A stretch of 17,513 bases of DNA. It comes from Candidatus Heimdallarchaeota archaeon. Lineage in GTDB: Archaea > Asgardarchaeota > Heimdallarchaeia > Heimdallarchaeales > Heimdallarchaeaceae. Positions 1 to 7,353 of this stretch are shown piece by piece. A program made the position numbers and the translations under genes. Where the stretch lies: the NCBI GenBank assembly GCA_018238545.1, contig JABCTC010000059.1:1-17513 (forward strand). The letters are read 5' to 3'. A model generated the notes under the pieces. That model was not told where the DNA came from. It ran no database searches and saw nothing but the letters and a program-made list of their open reading frames with translations. Numbering within the stretch: position 1 is the first letter of the stretch; every line of letters begins with the position of its first letter.

Positions 1-677
1 AGTTTGGCTAGAAAGGCTTGTTGCCTCTTAGTCACTTGGGGAGTAGTAGCAAAAGCATTGTTGTAAAAGAACAGTGCGTCATCTATCGCTTGTACTATCT
101 CTTGTTGTGTTATTGAGGGGAGGAAGGAATTGAGTTTCAAATGATTTGAACCATAAATTGCTTTCTTTTTCTTTCTCCAATATCCATCTGTTTGTTGCCT
201 AGTACTGGTTAAGAGGTTGATAACGTACCTTCTTTTCAGTTTCCAATAGTTCCCTAAACTGCTTTCAGCATAAGGTGATCTACCAAAGATCATCCATTCC
301 ACAAGTTGTTGAGGGTTCTTAGAAAGGAAATTGAGTAATCCTTGCACTTTTTGTTCCTTATCTCTTTTCCCTTTGATTGCTATATGCAACCAATGGAAAG
401 CACTCTCCGCTATATCAGGACTCTTCCCCACTTCTTTACATAGTTGACGGGTGAAGAACCTTTCCTTAGGGTTGGATCTGTATAACGTTTCTGCTTTCTT
501 TACTATTTGCGGAGAAAGGAGGAGCAGTTGCCGTTCTTCTAGTTTTCTTATCCTTCGGTTGATCTCTTCTCGTTGGTGCTGGTCTACACGTTTTAACGCA
601 ACCTGGTAGCTGCGCATCACTGTCTTTGAGTGATGGTTGACAGCTACTTGTGCTTTCTTTGTTGCTTGTGAGACCAT
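1..677 (-). CDS. TnpB-position protein of the IS607 element, 3'-partial (at least 225 aa), putative RNA-guided nuclease N-terminus
   Basis: Hand translation from ATG 677, preceded by SD-like GAAGGTGA, gives MVSQATKKAQVAVNHHSKTVMRSYQVALKRVDQHQREEINRRIRKLEE...QQAFLAKL with no stop before base 1. It is absent from the ORF track. It is K/R-rich and VMRSYQVAL resembles the first TnpB beta-strand. No RuvC motif lies within the window. Confidence 0.6.
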   Translation of the reverse strand, partial: MVSQATKKAQVAVNHHSKTVMRSYQVALKRVDQHQREEINRRIRKLEERQLLLLSPQIVKKAETLYRSNPKERFFTRQLCKEVGKSPDIAESAFHWLHIAIKGKRDKEQKVQGLLNFLSKNPQQLVEWMIFGRSPYAESSLGNYWKLKRRYVINLLTSTRQQTDGYWRKKKKAIYGSNHLKLNSFLPSITQQEIVQAIDDALFFYNNAFATTPQVTKRQQAFLAK

Positions 678-725
678 TGTCTTCACCTTCTTATCCACAG
701 AATGGTATATAAACGCGAAGAAAAG

Positions 726-1316
726 TCAGCTAGGAGGAGCTTTCCCTCTCCTTTGCCTGTGTAATCTTCCAGCAAAGGAGGTTACTAAGGCAATTATATC
801 TTCCACCAATCATTCCTCCTTCGAGGTACTTTGTTGGTTATGTATAGTAATGATGTTTGTGGAGAAAGTTTGACAGTAGTGACTGATTACTTTTGTTCCA
901 AACCTTGCTAGTCTATCTTCATAGGTACAGATGATGGCAAAAGGGCTAGTTGTTGCTACCTCATTCAATAATCTCTGCAACCCTTTTCGTTGTTCATTCA
1001 TCCCTGAAGCAATATCAGCAAACATTTTCTCCATTTTCCATCCTTGCTGTTTGGCAAACTTTTGCAGTTGTTCTTTCTGCTTCTGCAATTCTTTTCTTTG
1101 CTTCGTTGCACTTACTCTCACATATCCAAGCACAATTTTCTTTTGTTTCCTTCCCCCTCTCACTTTTTCTCCATTTATCGCTTGAACAAGTTTATATCTT
1201 CTATGTCCTCCCCTTGTTCTTCGCTCTGGTAAGAACTTCTCTTCCTTTTCCCATCGTCTTAACGTACTAGTTGACACTCCTTGTAACTTTGTTGCTATCC
1301 CTATTCTCACTAACAT
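726..1316 (-). pseudogene. tnpA: IS607 TnpA serine recombinase with an in-frame TGA at 810-812
   Basis: It has the HTH GVSTSTLRRWE..RTRGGHRRY, the catalytic GYVRVS, and DIASG and EDRLARFG motifs. After KEE-TGA the same frame continues LVEDIIALVTSFAGRLHRQRRGKAPPS-TGA(726-728), the canonical IS607 TnpA C-terminal helix, for 196 codons in total. Confidence 0.9.
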
Positions 1317-1585
1317 ATGCTCTCTTCATTATTTTTGCTCAAAATTTTTCCCCTCCTCCCCCCTCATAACAAGATTGGGTAAGTTTTTACTCATCAGTTG
1401 ACTACGGTGCATACAATTTAGTGGTTAAGTTGAGGGATAGCGAAATGCATTTCCCGAGTAGGGCTTGATTTTATTGTTGGACATCTACTTAGCAGAGACT
1501 ATAGACCACCCATCAAAAAACTGGTTCTTTTTTCAAATTTTTGGAGAAAAATCAATACATTAAAAACATAATTTCTCTCTCATCG

Positions 1586-1610
1586 AACAAGTATTAATAT
1601 ACTACTTGTT
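1586..1610 (+). promoter_or_regulatory. Putative metG promoter/operator: 8-bp inverted repeat around a TATA-like core
   Basis: AACAAGTA-ttaatatac-TACTTGTT lies 50 nt upstream of the metG ATG. Confidence 0.4.
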
Positions 1611-1660
1611 ATTTGGACAGAAGAATAAAAACTTAAATTTATCAGAAGGAGTAATTCTCA

Positions 1661-3709
1661 ATGAGTAAAGAAAAGTGGGTAGTGACAGCAGCTTGGCCTT
1701 ATGTGAATACTGTTCCACATTTAGGAACAATGTTACAATTGCTGAGTGGCGATGTTATAACAAGATATCGAAAATTAAAGAAAGATGAAGTTGTATACGT
1801 AAGTGGTTCAGATGCTCATGGTACACCAATTGTAGTAGCAGCTGAAGCAGAAGGAATTTCCCCAAATGAGTTAGCGTTGAAATATCATAACAAAATAGTT
1901 CAGCTGTTAGCTGACTGGAATATTGATTTTGATAAGTATACAATAACAACAAACCCAACCCACATTTCATATGTACAAGGATTACATAAAAAAATCCATG
2001 AAAATGGATATTATGTTTTAAAAGAATCAGAACAATATTATTGCAATCACTGTAACAGATTCCTTCCAGATCGATTTGTTGAAGGCACTTGTCCTCATTG
2101 TGGAATAAAGGATGCAAGAGGAGACCAATGTACTAATCATGAATGTGGAAAGGTGTTAAAACCTACAGATCTCATTGATCCATATTGTTCAACCTGTTCC
2201 AATGTACCTGTTCTGAAAAAAACAAAACATTGGTATTTTGATTTACCAAGATTGGCGGATGACCTCAAACAATTTGCTGAAAATAATCCTCATATACCAC
2301 CATTTGCTAAACAAAAAGTACTAAGTATGATTGAAGAAGGGCTCATACAACGACCTGTTTCAAGAGATTTATCTTGGGGGATATCAATAGCTCCTATCTT
2401 TGGAGAAGAATTCAATGATAAAGCCCTTTACGTTTGGTTTGAAAACGTTCTTGGATATGTTAGTACAGTTAAGTTAATTGCTGAAGAACTTGGGAAACCT
2501 GAGATGTTTGACGAATTTTGGCTTGATAAAAAAACAAAAACTGTTTTTTGTATAGGTAAAGATAACATCATATTTCATGCTTTGTTATTCCCTGGAATGT
2601 TAATTGCATCTAAAGATTCTTACCCCTTACCTCATGCTATAGCGACAACAAACTTTCTAATGTTTAAGGAAGGACCATTTTCAAAATCAAAAGGAATTGG
2701 TATTTGGGGGGATGAAGCAGTAGCAACATTACCTGCAGATTATTGGCGTTATTATCTTATGATAAATAGACCCGAGCTCAAAGACTTTTATTTTGACTGG
2801 GGTGAATTTGCATCGACTGTGAATAATGATTTAAATGATGTACTGGGGAATTTTATTCATAGGATTACTATCTTTATATCTCAACATTTTGACGGAAAGA
2901 TTCCTAAGAGAGGAGAGTTGAAGAAAGAGGATAAGGATTTGCTTTCTCAAATAGAGAATAACATTCAGAATTATAAAGATGCTATGGAAAACTTCAAACT
3001 GAAAGATGCTACCTCAATTGCGATAAATGTTGCTAGACTTGGGAACCAATACTTCTCAACAACACAACCTTGGCATTTAATAAAAAATGATAAGGAGAGA
3101 ACCGCTACAGTACTTAATCTTTCAGTTAAATTATCAGAGATACTTTCCATTCTACTATGGCCTATTATCCCAGCAACAGCTGAAAGTATTTGGGAAGTAC
3201 TGGGATTTGAAGGACTTCCAGTAAGTAATGGGATCGATGAGATAGATTTAGCAATCACTAATGAAAATCAGATAGTTAAAAAATCCAAACCTGTCTTTCA
3301 CAAGATAAAGGGTGATGAGGTTAAGAAGAAACTAGATGAAGTACGCAGTAAAACAAAAGCACAAAAGAAGGATGATAAAAAAATGAATAAAATAAGTTAT
3401 GATGAATTCAAGAATGTTGAACTGAAGATTGCAACAATAATCGGCGCTGAATCTCTAGAGAAAAGCCGAAATCTAATCAAATTACAGATAGATTTAGGGG
3501 AGGAGAAAAGACAGATTCTAGCAGGAATAAAACAATATTATTCTCCAGAGGATCTCGTAGGAAAGCAAATTGTGGTTGTTACTAATCTAAAACCAGCTAC
3601 TTTGATGGGCGAAGAGTCTGAAGGCATGCTTCTTGCAGCTGATATTGATGGTGAACCCATAATATTGCATCCAGATAAAGATGTACCACCTGGAACAGGA
3701 GTAAAATAG
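1661..3709 (+). CDS. metG: Methionine--tRNA ligase with C-terminal tRNA-binding (Trbp111-like) domain
   Basis: It has TAAWPYVN..PHLGT (HIGH variant), SGSDAHGTPI, a Cys-rich zinc knuckle, RDLSWGI, LYVWFE, IGKDNIIFH, FSKSKG (KMSKS variant) and a C-terminal OB domain (VVVTNLKPATLMGEESEGMLLAA). An AAGGAG SD is present. Confidence 0.98.
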   Translation: MSKEKWVVTAAWPYVNTVPHLGTMLQLLSGDVITRYRKLKKDEVVYVSGSDAHGTPIVVAAEAEGISPNELALKYHNKIVQLLADWNIDFDKYTITTNPTHISYVQGLHKKIHENGYYVLKESEQYYCNHCNRFLPDRFVEGTCPHCGIKDARGDQCTNHECGKVLKPTDLIDPYCSTCSNVPVLKKTKHWYFDLPRLADDLKQFAENNPHIPPFAKQKVLSMIEEGLIQRPVSRDLSWGISIAPIFGEEFNDKALYVWFENVLGYVSTVKLIAEELGKPEMFDEFWLDKKTKTVFCIGKDNIIFHALLFPGMLIASKDSYPLPHAIATTNFLMFKEGPFSKSKGIGIWGDEAVATLPADYWRYYLMINRPELKDFYFDWGEFASTVNNDLNDVLGNFIHRITIFISQHFDGKIPKRGELKKEDKDLLSQIENNIQNYKDAMENFKLKDATSIAINVARLGNQYFSTTQPWHLIKNDKERTATVLNLSVKLSEILSILLWPIIPATAESIWEVLGFEGLPVSNGIDEIDLAITNENQIVKKSKPVFHKIKGDEVKKKLDEVRSKTKAQKKDDKKMNKISYDEFKNVELKIATIIGAESLEKSRNLIKLQIDLGEEKRQILAGIKQYYSPEDLVGKQIVVVTNLKPATLMGEESEGMLLAADIDGEPIILHPDKDVPPGTGVK

Positions 3710-3910
3710 AAACTCCCTATCTCCCATTGGTTATTGTATTATCTCTGAAATAGCAATTGGGGACGTTTTCAGCGCTTAAGATTGAGTTTATCGCCATGTT
3801 TTTACACTGAAGAAGTATATCAGCAAATTATGTGGAAACAGACAAGTATATTTCCCTAATATTACACTTCTTTTAAATAGAAAATGAAAAAGTAGCTTAG
3901 GTGTAAAAGA

Positions 3911-4066
3911 ATGAAATTAGTAACAGTCCATCTTCCTGATGAATTCCTTCATGATTTAGATGAATTAGTCAGATTAAAGAGATATCCCAATAGAAGTGAA
4001 TGCATAAGAGTAGCAATTCGTGATTTATTAAAAGAAGAGATGTGGAATAAAAACAACGCTTTCTAA
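3911..4066 (+). CDS. Ribbon-helix-helix (CopG/Arc/MetJ, CdrS-like) transcriptional regulator, 51 aa
   Basis: Hand translation gives MKLVTVHLPDEFLHDLDELVRLKRYPNRSECIRVAIRDLLKEEMWNKNNAF. It has the alternating beta-strand, LDELV helix and YPNRSExIRxAIRDLL motif, with AGGTG upstream. It is too short for the ORF track. Confidence 0.9.
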   Translation: MKLVTVHLPDEFLHDLDELVRLKRYPNRSECIRVAIRDLLKEEMWNKNNAF

Positions 4067-4127
4067 TCTTCACATCTAATCTTTTCTTTTTGAGCTTTCT
4101 TATGATTATTTTGGATAAAAACAGTTT

Positions 4128-4766
4128 TTAGAAATGAATTTGAAAAGTTCTTATCATTTTTTCTCCAATGGTCAAATTAGTTCCTTCCCCAGTGGTTTTT
4201 CGTTTTCTTATAGCTTCTAAGAGATCATCAACTGTTCCCATTTCTTCTGTACAAGCCGCGTATGCCATTCCTATGTCCTTTAGTCTATGTGCATCGCTTC
4301 CTCCAGTTTCGGGAAGATTGTACTCAATGGCCATTTGTTTTGCTTTCGTGTTAAAAGATTTTATGGGGCATGATCCATTTACAGTCTCTACAGCTATCTT
4401 TTTCAAATTGTAGATAATCTTGCCGATCCCCTTGCGAGTAAAATCAAAAGGATGAGGTATTGTGGCCAGTCCTCCCAAATCAATAATTTTTTCAACAGTT
4501 TCTTCAGGACTTAACCTTTTTTCAATTGTTTCTTTTATTCCAAGTCCTATTACGTGACCTTTTTTAGTTGAAATTTCAACACCTGGTATTATTAACAAAC
4601 CATCAATTTTGAAATTCTTTTGATGAAATCTAGCGCTATTATGATCTGTTATAGCTATCCCGCTTAATCCATTTTTTTTAGCAATTTTGAGAATGTCCTT
4701 TGGATCGCTTTTACAATCATTTGAAAACCAACTATGAACGTGCAGATCATATCTCTTATCATTCAT
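4128..4766 (-). CDS. PHP-domain metal-dependent phosphoesterase
   Basis: Motifs DLHVHS, AITDHN, PGVEIST..GHV, PHPF and GGSDAH. Its ATG directly follows the dim2 TAG. Confidence 0.93.
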   Translation of the reverse strand: MNDKRYDLHVHSWFSNDCKSDPKDILKIAKKNGLSGIAITDHNSARFHQKNFKIDGLLIIPGVEISTKKGHVIGLGIKETIEKRLSPEETVEKIIDLGGLATIPHPFDFTRKGIGKIIYNLKKIAVETVNGSCPIKSFNTKAKQMAIEYNLPETGGSDAHRLKDIGMAYAACTEEMGTVDDLLEAIRKRKTTGEGTNLTIGEKMIRTFQIHF

Positions 4767-5414
4767 CTACGATTCATCTTCTGCTTCTTCTTCAAAGACT
4801 ATTCGTTCAACTTCATCTAAATCAGTCATAGAGGCTATTGCTTCTTCGTCACCGTGAGCTATCCACAATTTATCTTGATCACTTTTAAGATCCCTCATCT
4901 TCTCCTCTAAGTACTTGTAAACAGTACTGTGTTTAGAACCATTTATTAGTCTAGTAAGTCCGTCTCTCAGAATTTTTAACTTACTGAATTCTGATATTAT
5001 TCCTATGGTATTGCCAAAAACTGATACGTGAGCACCTGTTATTTGCTCTATAATGTTCCTTGTTCTCCCATTTTTACCAATAACCCTTGATCGTACTTCT
5101 CTTAATGTGTTTGGAGAAGTTCCTACAAGGTCTCGGAGTTGTATTATATCAAAACCCCAACTAGAATCTTTAATCTGAAAAGCTTTCTGAGGACTGAACC
5201 CTCTCCCAACAGCTTTAACCATATCTCTTGCGCGCCACATATTAACAGGATCTTCAGAATCTTCCTCTATTGTGATGATGACATCTCCAGTCTTACTGTC
5301 TATCATCAATTTACTTTCGGTTAATTCTTCTATCCTCTTCTTAGTGCTTCCTTTCGGACCTATCAGTACAGCAATCCTTTCCAATGGGATTCGTACTAAA
5401 AATTCGCTTGACAT
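4767..5414 (-). CDS. dim2: KH-domain pre-rRNA processing protein Dim2/Pno1
   Basis: Two GxxG KH motifs (LIGPKG, RVIGKNGRTR), AVGRGFSP and GSKHSTVY, located downstream of rio1. ATG 5414 with GGTG upstream is preferred over TTG 5426. Confidence 0.93.
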   Translation of the reverse strand: MSSEFLVRIPLERIAVLIGPKGSTKKRIEELTESKLMIDSKTGDVIITIEEDSEDPVNMWRARDMVKAVGRGFSPQKAFQIKDSSWGFDIIQLRDLVGTSPNTLREVRSRVIGKNGRTRNIIEQITGAHVSVFGNTIGIISEFSKLKILRDGLTRLINGSKHSTVYKYLEEKMRDLKSDQDKLWIAHGDEEAIASMTDLDEVERIVFEEEAEDES

Positions 5415-5426
5415 AGTTAACACCAA

Positions 5427-6227
5427 TTATATTTCCAATAGTTGTATTTTAGGGCTAGGGGGAGAATCTGTTATTTGTTCATAAAGTTCTTCATTTGGGA
5501 GTATTTCTACACCGAGAGAACTGAAATAGCGGTTAATATTTTTTATGTCTCTAAATAGAAAAGCTGCAGCATAAGGATGGTCAAGCAACACAGCTTGTGA
5601 AACATCAATAAAAACTGGATTTTGCTTCAACATTAATATATTGTACTCACTCAAATCAGCATGAATTAATCTCGCATCTTCATACATTTTTGTCATATAG
5701 TCCAGTACCTTCGCATATAATTTATGAGGTTTCTTAACTTTACTATCCTTAAGAAGAGGGGCGGCCTTCTCATTCTTTCCTATAAACTCCATAACTAGAA
5801 CATTTTTCTGTATAGCTATAGGTAGTGGAGATCTCACGCCAATTTTATTCATCCGTTTAAGATTCTTAAATTCTTTTTTAGCCCAAGTATAGATGAACGA
5901 ATAAGTTCCTTTTTTGTAGTTTTTAAAACGAGGATCTCCCTGAACATATATCCAGTTCTTCTTAAATTCTGCAGAAGCTGTTCGATATATCTTAATTGCA
6001 AGTTCCTCTTTTTGCATTCCATAACCATGATACACATTAGCTTCTTTTCCAGTAGAAACACAAAAACCAATGTCACTTAAGATCCCAGAATTCATCATTT
6101 TTACTATAAGCATGCTTGTTTGAAAATCAAATACACTCTCAATTGACTTTAGAGTATTGGAATCCTTCTCCCTAATACGACTCTTGTCTATTTTTTGGTC
6201 AATGGAAGCTATCTCTTTATCAGACAT
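5427..6227 (-). CDS. rio1: RIO1 atypical Ser/Thr kinase (small-subunit maturation)
   Basis: The RIO1 signature STGKEANVY, plus AIKIYRT, WAKKEFKNLKR, LIHADLSEYNIL and IDVSQAV. Confidence 0.96.
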   Translation of the reverse strand: MSDKEIASIDQKIDKSRIREKDSNTLKSIESVFDFQTSMLIVKMMNSGILSDIGFCVSTGKEANVYHGYGMQKEELAIKIYRTASAEFKKNWIYVQGDPRFKNYKKGTYSFIYTWAKKEFKNLKRMNKIGVRSPLPIAIQKNVLVMEFIGKNEKAAPLLKDSKVKKPHKLYAKVLDYMTKMYEDARLIHADLSEYNILMLKQNPVFIDVSQAVLLDHPYAAAFLFRDIKNINRYFSSLGVEILPNEELYEQITDSPPSPKIQLLEI

Positions 6228-6356
6228 TTTTTCACAATTCCTGTTTTTTTAATGAGAGTGCGCATAGGGCTCTTAGGTATGGTCATCAATGGAGGAGATG
6301 AGGTGGAACCATAATCTCAATAGTAATACAATAATTGCAATAAATAAAACTATTGC
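6228..6356 (-). promoter_or_regulatory. Putative rio1 promoter and structured 5' leader with two short uORFs
   Basis: A TATA-like TTTTATTTA sits inside the inverted repeat GCAATA/TATTGC (6337-6356). A GC-richer self-complementary island spans 6253-6319. uORFs 6312-6286 and 6286-6209 are joined by TGATG. Confidence 0.4.
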
Positions 6357-6416
6357 TTAATCAAAGACAATTTACACGTTAAATTAATTTATCTAAGAAA
6401 AATGGAAAAAGAATAT

Positions 6417-6791
6417 TTACAGAACAAATTCTTCTGGAATATGTTTGTTGTTTATTAGCCATCTTACTTCATTTTTTCTAAAGCGATGTACTAATTCACC
6501 TTTTTCATCAGGTTTCATTCCATATAGGGGCATTATAATGACCACGTCTCCAACTCTACACCACATTCTTTTCCTGTATTTACCTGGAATACGGATTTGC
6601 CTTGTAAAACCATCTAAACATTTCACAAGCAAAATACTTGCACCAAGAATTTGGAGAACGATTCCGAAAAATTCTCCTTCTTTAGGTAACTGTGCTCTAA
6701 TGGCATCAGAATCAGCTGTTACCCAACCTGAATATGTCCTTTTATATGGTTTTTTCTTGCCCTTTGTCGGTTTCTTTTTCTTTTTACTCAA
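6417..6791 (-). CDS. eif1a: Translation initiation factor aIF-1A
   Basis: LPKEGEFFGIV..LGA...VKCLDG.TR..RIPGK.RKRMW.R.GD.V is the S1-like aIF-1A pattern. It has a TTG start with GAGG upstream and lies in the conserved aIF-1A/rio1/dim2 order. Confidence 0.93.
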   Translation of the reverse strand: MSKKKKKPTKGKKKPYKRTYSGWVTADSDAIRAQLPKEGEFFGIVLQILGASILLVKCLDGFTRQIRIPGKYRKRMWCRVGDVVIIMPLYGMKPDEKGELVHRFRKNEVRWLINNKHIPEEFVL

Positions 6792-6920
6792 ATATAATCC
6801 TCATTACTAAAAAGAAGAAGGGCTTAAAATATTTTGTTGTTAAGCTGAAAATATTGAGAAAAGAAGTTTCAAACGAAACAAACAAAAAGGTAAGAGCTAA
6901 AAAACTCTTGAGGCAATAAG

Positions 6921-7331
6921 ATGGAATATGATGAATTATTCGAAAGAGCAAGAAAACACCTCCCAGAAAAAGTGTTCGAACAATCAAGATTCGAAATTCC
7001 AACCATACATTCAGTAATTGAAGGAAATAAGACCTTTATAGTTAATATCAGAGAGGTTTTAGAACGAATTAATAGAGAAGCAAACCATTTTCTCAAATTT
7101 ATGGCTGGAGAGTTAGCTGCTTCAGTTACAATGGAAGGCGCTCGTGCAGTATTTGCTGGAAAACATGCCAAAACAACACTCCAAACACTCCTTGAGAGAT
7201 ATGTTAAAGAGTACGTTAATTGCGCAGAATGTGGAAAACCAGATACTCAGTTGGTAATAGAAACAAGAATTCTAAGAAAACGCTGTGATGCTTGCGGTGC
7301 AACGATGTCTGTTAAACCTTTACGAAAATAA
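6921..7331 (+). CDS. eif2b: Translation initiation factor aIF-2 beta subunit
   Basis: YDELFERA..LPE, RFEIP, EGNKTFI.N, and the zinc ribbon YVNCAECGKPDT...CDACGA. Confidence 0.95.
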   Translation: MEYDELFERARKHLPEKVFEQSRFEIPTIHSVIEGNKTFIVNIREVLERINREANHFLKFMAGELAASVTMEGARAVFAGKHAKTTLQTLLERYVKEYVNCAECGKPDTQLVIETRILRKRCDACGATMSVKPLRK

Positions 7332-7353
7332 ATCAAAAGTGCGAGTGATTTTT

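Larger units (their letters stand above)
1..1407 (-). mobile_element. IS607-family insertion sequence, partial (one end plus tnpA and the 5' part of the second ORF)
   Basis: A MerR-like HTH plus serine-recombinase ORF is followed co-directionally by a long basic ORF, the IS607 tnpA-tnpB layout. The boundary is tentative, placed at CAGTTGACTAC-GG (GG 1406-1407) because IS607 elements recombine at GG dinucleotides. Confidence 0.8.

Noticed and set aside
678-812. Selenocysteine recoding of the TnpA UGA via the downstream hairpin
   Set aside because: The hairpin lacks the AUGA/GA SECIS core, and the position is not a Cys or redox site in serine recombinases.
637-1270. Plus-strand ORFs 637-873, 931-1185, 950-1270 and 1044-1232
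   Set aside because: They are antisense shadows of tnpA with no motifs. The same applies to the other short track ORFs nested in metG, rio1, pepF, the nuclease, pfkA and the beta-helix gene.
3720-3764. Imperfect hairpin after metG (CTCCCATTGGTTATT...AATAGCAATTGGGGA)
   Set aside because: It has several mismatches, no U-tract and no recognisable RNA family.
6209-6286. uORF2 (IPKSPMRTLIKKTG) resembles helix 1 of archaeal histones
   Set aside because: The match covers only about 14 residues, with no continuation of the histone fold in any frame, so it is probably chance.
6252-6314. 20-codon plus-strand ORF MRVRIGLLGMVINGGDEVEP
   Set aside because: It has no SD or recognisable motif, and nothing supports it beyond being open.
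6275-6319. Fluoride riboswitch or box C/D sRNA (UGAUGA plus a possible pseudoknot)
   Set aside because: The P1 loop size and core nucleotides do not fit the crcB motif, there is no CUGA box D, and the downstream genes are unrelated to fluoride.
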